From the IMG/VR virus record IMGVR_UViG_3300034062_004002: DNA of 64,000 nt; one strand, written 5' to 3'. Below, piece after piece: positions 10,388 through 21,630 of the stretch. The notes under the pieces are model-generated. The model was given only the letters and a program-made list of their open reading frames with translations. It did no database searches and was not told the DNA's origin. How positions within the stretch are numbered: the first letter of the stretch is position 1; every line of letters starts with the position of its first letter. The DNA is from an uncultured virus (IMG/VR IMGVR_UViG_3300034062_004002). Taxonomy: Duplodnaviria; Heunggongvirae; Uroviricota; Caudoviricetes. A program made the position numbers and the translations under genes.

Positions 10388-11136
10388 TGAGCGAAATACT
10401 AATTTTATCAGGCTCGACAGATACAGATTTAAAAAAGAAAGGAAGGAAACCAAAACAAGCAAATTATTTTGATGTCCGAGAAGAAATGGCTGTGGTAAGA
10501 TTTTTATCAACCGAATCCTCAGAAGAAAAAAATAAAATCTACAATGAGTTTTTAAGACACCCTTTAGACAAGATGATTTCCTCAATTATTAGGAGATATA
10601 AATTGTATCGTAAAGATATGGACTTCATAGAAATCCATACTGACACACATTCTTTTCTAATGACAAAAATAGATAAGTTTAAACCCGCGAAGGAAAAAAA
10701 GGCTTACTCATATTTTGGAACTATTTGTAAGAATTATTTAATGGGTCAAATAATTAAAGACCAAAAGGAAACTAATCGAAAAATTTCATATGAAGATATT
10801 TCAACAAGTATTGAAAATAGTCCTGAATTTTCATACCTAATGGATAAGGATTCGGTTAACTCAGAACAAATAATTAAAAATTTCTTAAGGGAATTAGATA
10901 AATTTTTAACTGAGCAAACGTTAAATGAAAATGAGATTAAATTAGGACACGCGTTATACGACCTATTCAATGACTATGAAAACATTTTTGTTGGGGCATC
11001 AAATAACAAATTCAATAAAAATATAATACTCTTATCCTTGAGAGAAATGACTAATCTATCAACAAAAGAGATACGTAGTTCTATGAAAAAATATAGAATC
11101 ATATATCTTAACTTAGTTGAAAAAATGGCACAATAA
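10387..11136 (+). CDS. phage sigma-factor-like protein (gp55-like late sigma candidate)
   Basis: Region-2-like KIDKFKPAKEKKAYSYFGTICKNYL; C-terminal helix-turn-helix-like LREMTNLSTKEIRSSM; lies just before the structural genes. Confidence 0.65.
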   Translation: MSEILILSGSTDTDLKKKGRKPKQANYFDVREEMAVVRFLSTESSEEKNKIYNEFLRHPLDKMISSIIRRYKLYRKDMDFIEIHTDTHSFLMTKIDKFKPAKEKKAYSYFGTICKNYLMGQIIKDQKETNRKISYEDISTSIENSPEFSYLMDKDSVNSEQIIKNFLRELDKFLTEQTLNENEIKLGHALYDLFNDYENIFVGASNNKFNKNIILLSLREMTNLSTKEIRSSMKKYRIIYLNLVEKMAQ

Positions 11137-11163
11137 AAAAACAAGGGTCAAATATTTATTGTA

Positions 11164-11535
11164 ATGGGAAGACCACAAAAAAAAGAGATTAATTTAACGA
11201 AAGAGTCAATTCTTTCTTTATTACAAGAAATTTACAATGAACTTGTAGAACAACGTAATACTGCTATAAGAATCCAAAACAAAATGTTAGCGATGATGAA
11301 AGAACCTGAGGATATGACTCTTATTGGTCCTGTTATTGAAAAACAACAAAAAATAATTAATGACTGTGTCGAGAAAAAATTATCTTTATCTAAATTACAA
11401 TCATCAATTTGGGAAAAATCAAACTCAACAGTAGAATCATTCTCAATATCAGACTTAAATATGGATGATGATATTATCCAAAATTTAATTGAAAAAGATA
11501 TTGCTAAAAATGACACATATAAAATGAAAAAATAA
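11164..11535 (+). CDS. hypothetical coiled-coil protein
   Basis: 123-aa ORF preceded by TATTTAT at 11153-11159. Confidence 0.7.
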   Translation: MGRPQKKEINLTKESILSLLQEIYNELVEQRNTAIRIQNKMLAMMKEPEDMTLIGPVIEKQQKIINDCVEKKLSLSKLQSSIWEKSNSTVESFSISDLNMDDDIIQNLIEKDIAKNDTYKMKK

Positions 11536-11537
11536 TT

Positions 11538-13463
11538 ATGAGTTTAGACCTTAATGCCGATTATAAAAAAGTACAAGATAAAGTTTCCGCAACTAAATCG
11601 TACACTGAAGCAAAAAAACAATACAACTCGGCAAAAAAAAAGGCAGGAGAAAGTTTTGATGATAAAAAATCAGATGTTACTCAAAGTATTAATAAGGTAA
11701 AAGAACAAACTAAACGTTTTGAAAAACAAATTAAAAACCAATTTGAACAATTATTAGATATTAATAATACTACTGGTGGTAAGGGGAGTAATTCAATTAA
11801 ATACGTTAAAAAATTATTACTACAAACTTTAAAAAATATTGAGCCAAAAATTTTAGAAATTCTTAATGAAGAGTCGTTAAATGCCGTTGGTTGTGACCAA
11901 CAACAAATGTTTAATGCACAAAATATATACATAAAGGTATCATCAATTGACCTTGGAGGACTATTAAAAAAAGACCCAACGGAACCTATTGGTAAAGTAT
12001 TATATGAAAAAGACCCAATACAAATCCAACAATACCCATTCTCTTTAAATAAGGAACTTTATAGACGAATTGAAAGTGGTCAACCATACTCGGTTGATAA
12101 TGGTCAATTATATATAGGACGGTCAGGTCAAAACCTTTTTGACATACAATATGTTGAGACGGATAACTTAGGACAAACAGGTCCTTGGTATAAAGTAACA
12201 CTGGTAAATAGAGTAAATAATATAAATAAGGTGGGGGAATTTATGGTTGACTATTATAAGACAATTAAAATAGTTGATTATCATAATATAATGGCGTCAA
12301 TAATGGAGTCCTTATCAGGCGCAATCTCCATTCAAGCAAATGTTGGTTTAGTTCAAGCGGAGGACGCAACAAAATTTCAATTAATTCTACAAAGGATATT
12401 AGGTCTTTGTTTTGATAATAAAACTGAGATTGATGTTAGTGGTGTTGCAAAAGTTGCAGAATTAGACGGAGTAGACGATGCGTTTTTTGAATTTACTGAA
12501 ATAGATTTAAGGAATATTGATTTAAAAGTAAATAACATTAAAAATGGTGTTGTCGAATATGAAAATTGTGATAACGTTAAATTACCTGTCAATTCTGTTG
12601 CGGTATTAAATTCCTTAGAGAATTTATTATACATTCCCGATAATGATTTGGTAAACGCCGCAGATACGTTAACACAATCTCTTACGGATAATCCTGAGTG
12701 GTCAGGATTAGCAATTTCGGGTAATATAAATGCCGCAGTTAACCTTAATTTTGTAAAATTACTTACACAAGGTTTAGTGACCGCAATTCTATCACCAAAA
12801 ATTCTTCTCCCAATTTTTACTATGTTAAAATCTTTGGGAAATACTGTTACCGACAAAATTAATTCTTTTATAGATTTTGCCAAAAACTTTAAAAGTTTTG
12901 TTTTCAATTTAGTTTCTAAAATAGGAGGGTTATTTGTTAAAGAATTATTTGAATTAATTAAAAAAGATATTAAAAATTTAATTCAACAAGTCATCATGGA
13001 TGTTGCTAAAGAAACAAAGGATAAAAGAATTATAATTATTTTAAAGTTAATCCAGTTATTATTAATCATCACACAATTTATTAGTGATTGGAGGAAATGT
13101 AAAAGCGTTGTTGACGAACTATTATGGTTATTAAAAGTCTCCACCTCAGGATTTAACGCTGCAGGAGCATTTTCAGCAAAAGGTCTACCTTTACCTTTAT
13201 TATTTGCATCACAGTTAATGGAAGGGTATTCAGAATCAAGAGCATTTCTTGGAGCTATTGAGGAAATGCAGAAGTTAGGTATTCCAACAGGACCTATGCC
13301 TGATGGTAGTCCTAACTTAGAAGTTTTAAGTAAATTTGCTCAGATGAAAGCCATGGCGAATGAAGAAGCCGAAAATGGTAAAGTACAAATTGCCGTTGGT
13401 CCATTAAGTATAACACCCGCAGGTTTAACAGTACCCGCAAGCGCTTTCGGTAAAAAATTATAA
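11538..13463 (+). CDS. hypothetical protein, probable virion/baseplate-region protein
   Basis: 641 aa; helical N- and C-terminal parts; co-transcribed with the gp5-like gene. Confidence 0.55.
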   Translation: MSLDLNADYKKVQDKVSATKSYTEAKKQYNSAKKKAGESFDDKKSDVTQSINKVKEQTKRFEKQIKNQFEQLLDINNTTGGKGSNSIKYVKKLLLQTLKNIEPKILEILNEESLNAVGCDQQQMFNAQNIYIKVSSIDLGGLLKKDPTEPIGKVLYEKDPIQIQQYPFSLNKELYRRIESGQPYSVDNGQLYIGRSGQNLFDIQYVETDNLGQTGPWYKVTLVNRVNNINKVGEFMVDYYKTIKIVDYHNIMASIMESLSGAISIQANVGLVQAEDATKFQLILQRILGLCFDNKTEIDVSGVAKVAELDGVDDAFFEFTEIDLRNIDLKVNNIKNGVVEYENCDNVKLPVNSVAVLNSLENLLYIPDNDLVNAADTLTQSLTDNPEWSGLAISGNINAAVNLNFVKLLTQGLVTAILSPKILLPIFTMLKSLGNTVTDKINSFIDFAKNFKSFVFNLVSKIGGLFVKELFELIKKDIKNLIQQVIMDVAKETKDKRIIIILKLIQLLLIITQFISDWRKCKSVVDELLWLLKVSTSGFNAAGAFSAKGLPLPLLFASQLMEGYSESRAFLGAIEEMQKLGIPTGPMPDGSPNLEVLSKFAQMKAMANEEAENGKVQIAVGPLSITPAGLTVPASAFGKKL

Positions 13464-13465
13464 TT

Positions 13466-13687
13466 ATGACGAAAAAAGAGACTTCCGAAAAGGCTTTAAA
13501 CATTATTAAAGAATATAAAACAAAATCAAACAAAGATTTAATATTTGTCATGGACATTATTCAAAAAGACTTTAATGTGACTAAAGAAACATTACTTAAG
13601 TTAACTCATCATATTGATAAGTTAGAATCAACTTACGACTTAATATTAAAAGAATTCGAATCAAGAACAAAGAATGGACGCAATTAA
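13466..13687 (+). CDS. hypothetical protein
   Basis: 73-aa ORF in operon, overlapping the next gene. Confidence 0.65.
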   Translation: MTKKETSEKALNIIKEYKTKSNKDLIFVMDIIQKDFNVTKETLLKLTHHIDKLESTYDLILKEFESRTKNGRN

Positions 13688-15245
13688 TAGAGACCAAATA
13701 ATATTTCCTGGGATTGTCTATGACGACCAAGACCCAATGATGTTGGGTAGACTTCGTGTTATACCCGAAACAAAAGACTACGCATCAATTATTAAGGCGG
13801 TGCCTAATTGGAATGAAGAAACGGATATATGGTCTAGTAAAGACCCTATCATTTTTTTACCGTTATTGCCATTTTATATCAGCCAAACCCCAAAAAAAAA
13901 TGAATATGTTCATATAATTTACCAAGATAAAAATTTTGTTTTTCAAAACCAATTTTATATTCAAGGACCATTCTCATCACCAATGACAACTCCTTTTGAA
14001 AATTATCAGGGGGCAAAAAAGTTTCTTTCGGCAGGTGATAGAATCAAACAAGGTAGAAGTATTAAAAATCTTGATGGGACTTATCGAGACATAAATAGTT
14101 ACGGTGTTTTTCCTGAACCTGGAGATAATTCTCTTTTAGGTAGAGGAAGTGCCGATGTTGTTGTAAAAGAGAATGAAGTTTTAATAAGAGCAGGAAAAAC
14201 TAAAACATTATCTAAAGACGAATTCCCTATTGGAAATCAATTTAGGTCATTTTTACAATTATCTAACTTTACCCAAACAAAGGTTTTAGGGGAACCTCAA
14301 ACTGAAACCAAATTACAAGAAATTGTTAAAGTTGTTAAAAAAATGGTCATATGGAATATCGATAATCTTGAAAATTCCCAAGACGTTTTTAATGGGACTG
14401 TGGGTTTATATAACGTATTACCAACCTCCGATATAGTAAACACTCAAAACTTTAAACCTAACACCATAACTAAATTAAGTATCGGAACTAACTATACAGG
14501 ACCATTAGAGGAGTTTAAATTTACTAATGTTTCGTTTGACGATGCGGTTTATTTAATCAATAAATTTGTATCAGGGTTGTTTGAGGGTTACTTAGATATA
14601 ACGGGATATACGATTAATAACCAACAAAACTTTTCTAACGACTCGTTCCCATTCATTGTAACCCCATCAAAATTAACGTATGAGACAGGAATTAAATTCT
14701 CAAACTCTACAACGGTCGATGATGTTACTGAATTAGGTAATTATGTTAGATTTTATTCTAAAATAAAATTATCTACGGGTAAAGTGACTAGTGGGTTTTT
14801 CTTGGTATCTGAGAATAAAAACGGTAAACCATTAATAGGTCCTCAATCCATGATTAAAAAGGAAAGATACACACCAGCAGAATTTACCCCATCATCAATT
14901 ACTTATGGAGTGTTAGGTGCTCAACGAGTTTATTTATTATCACAAGACTCAACGGGACCTAAAGGTCAGATTAGTTTACAACAAACTTTATATGGGATTC
15001 CTCAAGACAAATTTATTGGGGACGAAAAAAGTCTGTCAAACATAACATACCCTTCTGTAAGAGGAGATGTATTAATTAGTTTACTTAGAAAAATAGTTTC
15101 ATATGTTAAAGGACATGTTCATGCAATTTCGACAGTACCACCTATTCCTGTAGCCGCAGGTAATGGTCAGACCACAACAGAGATTGACCAAATACTTGCC
15201 GACGCTGAAAATTCAATCTTAAATCAAAATATCCGAATTAATTGA
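13674..15245 (+). CDS. baseplate hub/central spike protein (gp5/gpV/VgrG-like)
   Basis: N-terminal OB-fold signature [17 protein letters not shown]...PLLP..PKKNEYV; C-terminal RGD.L...GHVH. Confidence 0.6.
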   Translation: MDAINRDQIIFPGIVYDDQDPMMLGRLRVIPETKDYASIIKAVPNWNEETDIWSSKDPIIFLPLLPFYISQTPKKNEYVHIIYQDKNFVFQNQFYIQGPFSSPMTTPFENYQGAKKFLSAGDRIKQGRSIKNLDGTYRDINSYGVFPEPGDNSLLGRGSADVVVKENEVLIRAGKTKTLSKDEFPIGNQFRSFLQLSNFTQTKVLGEPQTETKLQEIVKVVKKMVIWNIDNLENSQDVFNGTVGLYNVLPTSDIVNTQNFKPNTITKLSIGTNYTGPLEEFKFTNVSFDDAVYLINKFVSGLFEGYLDITGYTINNQQNFSNDSFPFIVTPSKLTYETGIKFSNSTTVDDVTELGNYVRFYSKIKLSTGKVTSGFFLVSENKNGKPLIGPQSMIKKERYTPAEFTPSSITYGVLGAQRVYLLSQDSTGPKGQISLQQTLYGIPQDKFIGDEKSLSNITYPSVRGDVLISLLRKIVSYVKGHVHAISTVPPIPVAAGNGQTTTEIDQILADAENSILNQNIRIN

Positions 15246-15266
15246 TATTTATTGATAAAGTATTCA

Positions 15267-16751
15267 ATGTCAATTAACAATTCGTATTTCAGTAAAAATA
15301 ACACGATAGTATCTAATAGTTTTACCAACACGGGGAGAAACCCTGTGACGGAACTATTTTACGGCTCTTTGGCGACATCTCAGTTTCCAAATGGGTATAG
15401 TCGTTTCATTTTTGACTTAGACCTTTCATTATTAATGGAAAAGGTCTTTGATGGTACTATCAGTACCACTTGTCCCGACACAACTAAACATACGTTAAGA
15501 ATGACTAACACGTCATGGTTTAATGTTGAATTGTTGAACACTAAAACGTCTCAGACAAGAATGAGGGCTACTTCATTTGACCTAATCTTATTTAGAATTC
15601 CATATATTAATGATGACCCGACAACACCACAAGTGTGGGATGAAGGGGTTGGTTATGACTTTGCGGACTTAATCTATGAATATAGTAACTTTGATAAGAA
15701 CTTCTCCGACAGACCATCTAATTGGGTTCAAACAACCACTATTGGAGTATGGACTGAGCCTGGAATATATAACAACATGAATACCGCAACAGGTACAGGG
15801 GTTAATTATTCGGCAATAACTATTGTTGACACACAACATTTTGAGTTTGGTAATGAGAACGTTAGTTTTGATATGACCGATGAAATTAATAATATACTAA
15901 ATGGTAGTTTAACGAATATTTCAGGATGGGGAATTGCTTATAAACCTCAGGTTGAAAACTTAATAGGATTAACTGATGCGTATGAAGTACAATTTTTCAC
16001 AAGACACACTCAAACATTCTACGAACCATTTTTAGAAACTAACTATAATGACTTAATTGATGACGATAGAAATTTATTCACATTAGGTCACGTTAATAGA
16101 CTTTATCTTTATCTATACGATAATGGTCAACCTGTTAATTTGGATTACTTACCAAGTGTGGATTTATTAGACTCGTCAGGTAGTAAAATACCCGGACTAA
16201 CAGGATTAACAACTTGTCAAAAAACTAAAGGGGTTTACGAAGTGGTAATACCACCGTTATCTGGTTATAAAACACCTTGTACTTTCTCAGATAAATGGTA
16301 TGACTTAAGTCTAAACGGATTTCTAATTCCACCAATAACTAATGACTTTACATTATACCCATATAAAAATTCTATCCAAATAGGAACAACTTCGGTTGAC
16401 CCTAAATTATACGGATTTGATTTTTATGGTATTAAACAAGATGAAAAAATCTTAAATACCGATATTAGAAAAGTTGGTGTGATAATCAAACAAGCTTACT
16501 CAACTCAAAAATTATTACAGAAAGTTGATTCTTATTATAGAGTTTATGTTAGAGAAGGTCAGACTGAAGTGCAAGTACAAGATTGGACAAAAATAAATAG
16601 GACTCCAAATGAGTATTATTTCATGTTTGATACAAGAGATAAAATACCGAACGAATATTATGTGGATATAAAGGTCATTAGCAGTGGGGAAATAAATACT
16701 TACAAAAAACAAATCAAATTTCAGATTGTTAATGTGAAGTATTCAGAATAA
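15267..16751 (+). CDS. probable virion structural protein (beta-rich)
   Basis: SYFSKNNTI..SRFIFDLDLS..WDEGVGYD; ATG at 15267 follows TATTTAT at 15246-15252. Confidence 0.55.
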   Translation: MSINNSYFSKNNTIVSNSFTNTGRNPVTELFYGSLATSQFPNGYSRFIFDLDLSLLMEKVFDGTISTTCPDTTKHTLRMTNTSWFNVELLNTKTSQTRMRATSFDLILFRIPYINDDPTTPQVWDEGVGYDFADLIYEYSNFDKNFSDRPSNWVQTTTIGVWTEPGIYNNMNTATGTGVNYSAITIVDTQHFEFGNENVSFDMTDEINNILNGSLTNISGWGIAYKPQVENLIGLTDAYEVQFFTRHTQTFYEPFLETNYNDLIDDDRNLFTLGHVNRLYLYLYDNGQPVNLDYLPSVDLLDSSGSKIPGLTGLTTCQKTKGVYEVVIPPLSGYKTPCTFSDKWYDLSLNGFLIPPITNDFTLYPYKNSIQIGTTSVDPKLYGFDFYGIKQDEKILNTDIRKVGVIIKQAYSTQKLLQKVDSYYRVYVREGQTEVQVQDWTKINRTPNEYYFMFDTRDKIPNEYYVDIKVISSGEINTYKKQIKFQIVNVKYSE

Positions 16752-16779
16752 ATAGATATTTATATAAAAACAAATTAAA

Positions 16780-17145
16780 ATGGCAAATATATATTACTCA
16801 GGAACATCTTGCATTGATGGCTCACCAATTGAAATTATTTCGGTTGAGGGTCTGTTAACTGGAAAAACATATCAAGAATTGAATTTAAATTGTGTTTCAT
16901 TAACTTATAGTGCATCTACAAGTGGAGAAACTAACACAATATTCTTATATGGTCCGTTTGACGATTGTTCCGAATGTAACTCCCCATTATCCGCAGGAAC
17001 CGAATATAATGTATGTATAATAGATTGTAGTGGTGACACTGTGTCTATAATACCTCCACACCCTACTTGGACAAACGAACACGGTAAGGCGGTAGTTCTG
17101 TTAGATGCAATCGTATTAGGTGGAATGAACGGATTAAACTCGTAA
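16780..17145 (+). CDS. small Cys-rich hypothetical protein
   Basis: 121 aa with DCSEC and CIIDC; TATTTATA at 16757-16764. Confidence 0.65.
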   Translation: MANIYYSGTSCIDGSPIEIISVEGLLTGKTYQELNLNCVSLTYSASTSGETNTIFLYGPFDDCSECNSPLSAGTEYNVCIIDCSGDTVSIIPPHPTWTNEHGKAVVLLDAIVLGGMNGLNS

Positions 17146-17150
17146 ACAAT

Positions 17151-17462
17151 ATGAAAAAAATTGTTAAATTAACCGAATCTGATTTAAACCGACTTGTTAA
17201 AAGAATCATTAACGAACAAGAATTCGATGATGAAATTGGTAAACCTGAGTTTACCGTAGAACCACATGTTAGAATGACCCCAAGAGAAAAAGATATCGAA
17301 GGGTTATTCGGGAAATATAGTGACCAAATTCCCGCAGATATCTTACGTTATATGAGAAAAAATCCTCAATTGGTTATGGACAGATTGTCCGTTATCTATG
17401 GTAAAGATTTTTTACGATACGCCGATAATGCGTATATGAAAAACAATAAGTTTGATTTTTAA
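17151..17462 (+). CDS. hypothetical protein, probable internal head protein
   Basis: N-terminus KKIVKLTESDLNRLVKRIINEQ, a motif type that recurs in this window. Confidence 0.6.
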   Translation: MKKIVKLTESDLNRLVKRIINEQEFDDEIGKPEFTVEPHVRMTPREKDIEGLFGKYSDQIPADILRYMRKNPQLVMDRLSVIYGKDFLRYADNAYMKNNKFDF

Positions 17463-17492
17463 ATATTGGCTTTTATAATTAATATTTTTGTA

Positions 17493-17500
17493 TATCTTTG
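17493..17500 (+). promoter_or_regulatory. Bacteroidota-type -7 promoter element
   Basis: TATCTTTG 19 nt before ATG 17520. Confidence 0.55.
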
Positions 17501-17519
17501 TTAAAGATAAAAATAAACT

Positions 17520-17960
17520 ATGAAAAAAATATTTAAAAGGTTATATGTTAAATGGGTTATTTGGACACGTTATAATGACATTAAAACCTTCGAAAAATTA
17601 ACTGATAGCCAACGAATTTCTTTAGGGATTTGTCGTTCTTTAATAAATCACCCAAAATCAAAATTTCTTATAGCACCATTATCAGGTGAACGATTCATTA
17701 AAAATTCTCAATTAGGTTTATTCATTGTTCTTGATGATAGACATATTAGCGTCACTAATCATGTATATCATTATGATGTTACATTATACGAAAGAGAGTG
17801 GGATAGACTAACAAAGATGTATGATAATAAAACAGAAATTATTCGTCAACAATATAAGGAAGAAATCACCTCTCAAATTAAATATTCTTTACGTACAATT
17901 TTAGATAACATTGAATCCTCAGAAAGAGTCTCTCAATACACTCTTGATGAAATTTCTTAA
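17520..17960 (+). CDS. hypothetical protein
   Basis: 146-aa ORF with its own promoter element. Confidence 0.7.
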   Translation: MKKIFKRLYVKWVIWTRYNDIKTFEKLTDSQRISLGICRSLINHPKSKFLIAPLSGERFIKNSQLGLFIVLDDRHISVTNHVYHYDVTLYEREWDRLTKMYDNKTEIIRQQYKEEITSQIKYSLRTILDNIESSERVSQYTLDEIS

Positions 17961-18581
17961 CGGATTTACCTCAACAGGTAGTATTTCAATCCACTCATTA
18001 ACAGTATGAACATCGTGTTCAGGAGTATTGTAAGACCCATCAGAATTTTTTTCCCAAACACCAACAACTTTTTTAATATTGTTTTTTAATGTTTTTTGTT
18101 TTTTCTTATGGTTAAATTCAGTATCAACAAACTCTTGGAATGGACCTAAATGTTCTTTCCTCCATTTTTTTAGTCCAATCTCTATAGGCCCATTATACAA
18201 TCCTGAAGTAATTGTGGAACCAGCCTCTTTAATTGGGACCATTTTAAAACCTTTACCAGGCGTTTGATTAATATTATTACCATCATCATCACTTGTGGTT
18301 AAGTTAGGATGTTTCTTAAGATAGTCAGATTCTTTCTTGGCTTTACGTTCAATCTTAGAGATTTGTTTTTTAGGTAAACTCATTTTACCATCATAACTAT
18401 CATACGCCAACATTGCGTCATTATACTTCGATACAGGGATGTTAAAAGGTTGTAGGTCAGTCTTACTGAACTCCTTTGTTCCAGGTTGCATTGGACCAAC
18501 ATATGACCCTCTACCACCACCATCACTTGTCGCTTCTTTGATGAGTTCTTGTTTTAACTTGTTTAAAATATCTATTAACAT
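17919..18581 (-). CDS. hypothetical protein, probable internal head protein
   Basis: About 220 aa with LIKEA, IKEA and VNE sites; start uncertain. Confidence 0.6.
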   Translation of the reverse strand: MLIDILNKLKQELIKEATSDGGGRGSYVGPMQPGTKEFSKTDLQPFNIPVSKYNDAMLAYDSYDGKMSLPKKQISKIERKAKKESDYLKKHPNLTTSDDDGNNINQTPGKGFKMVPIKEAGSTITSGLYNGPIEIGLKKWRKEHLGPFQEFVDTEFNHKKKQKTLKNNIKKVVGVWEKNSDGSYNTPEHDVHTVNEWIEILPVEVNPLRNFIKSVLRDSF

Positions 18582-18626
18582 TCTGAAAATTATTACTTAT
18601 ACTTATAAATATCTTATACTATTAAA

Positions 18627-18860
18627 ATGGAAGAACAAAAACTATTTGGAAAATTATTTAACACCATACCTCTATTAAGTGAGGACCATTTGGATGTATT
18701 ACTACAGACAATGGATAAGGATTCCTCATTATACCTTCTAATTCAGTCAGTTAAATATGCTCATGAATCGGGCGTATATTCTTTGGGTGAATCAGAAGTA
18801 ATCTCAAAATGTATTAGAACATTATCAAAAATTGAAGTACCAACTGAAGATAAGGAATAA
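18627..18860 (+). CDS. hypothetical protein
   Basis: 77-aa ORF followed by a terminator. Confidence 0.7.
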   Translation: MEEQKLFGKLFNTIPLLSEDHLDVLLQTMDKDSSLYLLIQSVKYAHESGVYSLGESEVISKCIRTLSKIEVPTEDKE

Positions 18861-18896
18861 AAAAAATCGATGAAATTTTATCTTCATCGACTTTTT
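18859..18896. terminator. bidirectional intrinsic terminator
   Basis: A-run, TCGATGAA/TTCATCGA stem, T-run, between convergent genes. Confidence 0.75.
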
Positions 18897-18931
18897 GGAA
18901 ATTAAACCATATTAATTGATTGTATTGTTTT

Positions 18932-19732
18932 TTAACCTACGTCACTTGGTTCACCCTTGTCTCCACCAGCAATATCACCAGCATTTGCTGTTTTTGCGAC
19001 ACTTCCTGGTGAAGTTTTATTTGAACTTAAAGGTGTTTTTCCAACAGGTGTAGTTCCCGCCTTTGTTGCCGCATCAGGTGTTGTCTGCGATTGAGTTTTT
19101 GTTGCGGTTGAAGTCTCCGCACCTAAAGCACTTACAATACCATTAAGGGTTATGTTACCCATAACACCATCAACACCATCTTTATTAGGTCCTGAAGTAC
19201 CCAATTTAAATCCTTTTTGTTTTAATATTTGTTGGATTTGTGTTACAAGTGGTCCTTTAGTAGCCCTTGAAGCCGCAGCCAATTTATCCGCCACCGCTTT
19301 ATCCGCCACCGCTTTATCCGCTGCCGCTTTCTCCGCCGCCGCTTTCTCCGCCGCCGCTTTATTAGGATTATTAGGAATTTGTCCAACACTTCTAACCACC
19401 GCTTTACTTCCTGAGGCTTGTAAACCACCATTTCTTAATACCTCATCGCCACTATCTCTCCAAAAGTTAGCATAAGTACCCACCCCAAAGTCATTATCAA
19501 TTGCCTTTTGTTGTAAATCATTTAATAAAGCACCTTGAAATGTCCTTTTCATTTCTTTAGAATATTGCATAATTTTATCATACGCATCTTGTGAAATTCC
19601 TCCAGGGATTTCTTGTCCACTCTTTTCATCTATAACTTCTTTAAGATATTGTTTTTTAGTTGCTTCTTTATGAAGATTTAAAATTCTTTTTGACTCTTCT
19701 TCATTTAAAAAATATAATTTTTTCATACCCAT
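18932..19732 (-). CDS. peptidoglycan-binding-domain protein with Ala/Lys repeats
   Basis: VTQIQQILKQKGFKLG...GVDGVMGNIT (PG_binding_1-like); (E/D)KA(A/V)A 15-nt repeats at about 19285-19360; N-terminal LNEEESKRILNLH. Confidence 0.65.
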   Translation of the reverse strand: MGMKKLYFLNEEESKRILNLHKEATKKQYLKEVIDEKSGQEIPGGISQDAYDKIMQYSKEMKRTFQGALLNDLQQKAIDNDFGVGTYANFWRDSGDEVLRNGGLQASGSKAVVRSVGQIPNNPNKAAAEKAAAEKAAADKAVADKAVADKLAAASRATKGPLVTQIQQILKQKGFKLGTSGPNKDGVDGVMGNITLNGIVSALGAETSTATKTQSQTTPDAATKAGTTPVGKTPLSSNKTSPGSVAKTANAGDIAGGDKGEPSDVG

Positions 19733-19795
19733 TTCTGTTTAATATATAAATATCCGTTTTTCCAAAAAAAAAACGTTTTATTCAAAATTTATTTA

Positions 19796-21505
19796 TTATA
19801 AATCTAATTTGTATTTAAATAACCCACAATCCCATATTTTATCGTAACCTAATTCTGTGGTCAACTCCTTTTCAGTTTTGGTATAATCTAAATCAGGAAA
19901 TCTTTTTTTAAGATTGTTTTTACCAAACCCAAATTTATGGAATCTTTTATATTTACTAACCTTTGAATTATAATAATAATATGTTGGTTTTGTTATCGAC
20001 ACTAAATTAAATCCCAAGTTAGTATATAGATTATTTTCTGGGTTAATCGTCCATCTTCTATCCGCAAAACTAATTATTGATGTTGGGTTATATTCATTGA
20101 TAAAATGCTTAATAAATTTAGAGGCTAACCCCCTAATTAAGTAATTTTGTTTTGTAGCATATCTACTTAATTCAAATTCACCATCATTATTTTTAGTCAT
20201 ATTACGTTTATCGTTAAACGTCATGACACCAACCATAACATCTTTATAATACGCCCCATAAGAGATGTTAGATTTGTCAGTTCCTTGAATATGATTATTT
20301 TTTAAAAAAAACGATTTATCCTCTGTATTGATTTTTTTAATCGTAACATTTCTACCACCGATTTTAATCCCATCATTAACTTTTAACAAATGTTTTATTT
20401 TTGATTTAACCAAATTTTTATTTATCTTCCATTCATCCTCAAAAATATGAAATAACCTATATCCAATTTGATTGCAATCAATAGTTTTATTTAAATGATA
20501 AGAACTTGTTTTACCCATCTTCTCTGTGTGGTAATATAAACCATTATATTCAATACATATGTTTGTTCCCTCGATTACTATGTCAATTTCCTTACCATTT
20601 AACATTTTACGATTTTTACTTTTACCAACAATAAATCCAAGACTCTCAATAAATTCTTTAATTTCCGTTTCACCCTTTGATGTCCAAGTTGGTACCATGT
20701 TAATGTTGGTGGTTTTCGATAAATCACTTAATTTTTTTGATATGGAAGTTGATACAATTTTTTCGTTTGGGTATTTTAATTTATATTCTAATGTTGTGAT
20801 ATTATGTTTTTCTTTTAGGTGAGTATTTGTTATACTTTTCATTTTTTCACCACAAATTTTACAAATAACATAATTTTTACTTTTAGATAAAAATTTGGTT
20901 AATTCTGTTTTTTTTATATAATTTGGGTGATGTTTAACATCTTCAGGGAATTTTAATAAATAATCATCTAATGTTATTTTATGAGATTTACCTATATGTG
21001 TCTCAAAACAACCTGTTTTATTTGAAGTGTCCTCTGTTACCCATTCACATAATTTACATTTTCTTGTTGGTAAACTTTCAATCTCAATTATGTTGAAATA
21101 TTCCTCAAACCATTTTTTGTCGTTAATTAATTCGTATTTTTTTCTTTGGTAAGTATTAGTTGGAATCCACACATCCCCGTATAATTCAATAATATGTTTG
21201 GTTAATTTACCAGATAAATTATTGGGGTCTTTAATTACTACATTAGTTTTTTTACATTGTGCAATTAATTCGTGGGTATCTGAAGTTGTATATAAGTTAG
21301 ATTTTACGGTTTCAATTTCAAAACTATTACCCATTTGGATTTGACCACCCTTTTTATTAATCACAATATTATTTTCTTTTAATATTTGACTGATTTTTTT
21401 ATGACCAACTTTAAATTTTTCCGCTAATTTATGAGTACTTGGAATTTCAGTTTGATACAATTCAATAATGTTAACTATATTTTCAGGAGTTAATTTGGTT
21501 TTCAT
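19796..21505 (-). CDS. Hef-like homing endonuclease (Zn-finger repeats + PD-(D/E)xK nuclease + GNAT-like domain)
   Basis: CKLC..H..H and CKICG..H..H fingers; EIDIVI..IEYNGLYYH; FLKNNHIQG..ELSRYAT..SFADRRW..KIWDCG. Confidence 0.75.
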   Translation of the reverse strand: MKTKLTPENIVNIIELYQTEIPSTHKLAEKFKVGHKKISQILKENNIVINKKGGQIQMGNSFEIETVKSNLYTTSDTHELIAQCKKTNVVIKDPNNLSGKLTKHIIELYGDVWIPTNTYQRKKYELINDKKWFEEYFNIIEIESLPTRKCKLCEWVTEDTSNKTGCFETHIGKSHKITLDDYLLKFPEDVKHHPNYIKKTELTKFLSKSKNYVICKICGEKMKSITNTHLKEKHNITTLEYKLKYPNEKIVSTSISKKLSDLSKTTNINMVPTWTSKGETEIKEFIESLGFIVGKSKNRKMLNGKEIDIVIEGTNICIEYNGLYYHTEKMGKTSSYHLNKTIDCNQIGYRLFHIFEDEWKINKNLVKSKIKHLLKVNDGIKIGGRNVTIKKINTEDKSFFLKNNHIQGTDKSNISYGAYYKDVMVGVMTFNDKRNMTKNNDGEFELSRYATKQNYLIRGLASKFIKHFINEYNPTSIISFADRRWTINPENNLYTNLGFNLVSITKPTYYYYNSKVSKYKRFHKFGFGKNNLKKRFPDLDYTKTEKELTTELGYDKIWDCGLFKYKLDL

Positions 21506-21578
21506 ATTTATATAAATATAATATTATTTACGTAAAAGTCAAATTATAACCCATTTATTTTTAACCCATTTTATAAAT

Positions 21579-21607
21579 AAAAAAAGAGGACATATAGTCC
21601 TCTTTTT
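21579..21607 (-). terminator. intrinsic terminator of the capsid gene
   Basis: AAAAAAGAGGAC-atata-GTCCTCTTTTT. Confidence 0.8.
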
Positions 21608-21630
21608 GTTAAATATGATAAGATTTTTGA

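Noticed and set aside
12377..12907. Long antisense ORFs (also 19152..19475, 24707..24994, 35200..35538, 62214..62606)
   Set aside because: Shadows of well-supported genes on the opposite strand, arising from codon bias or low complexity
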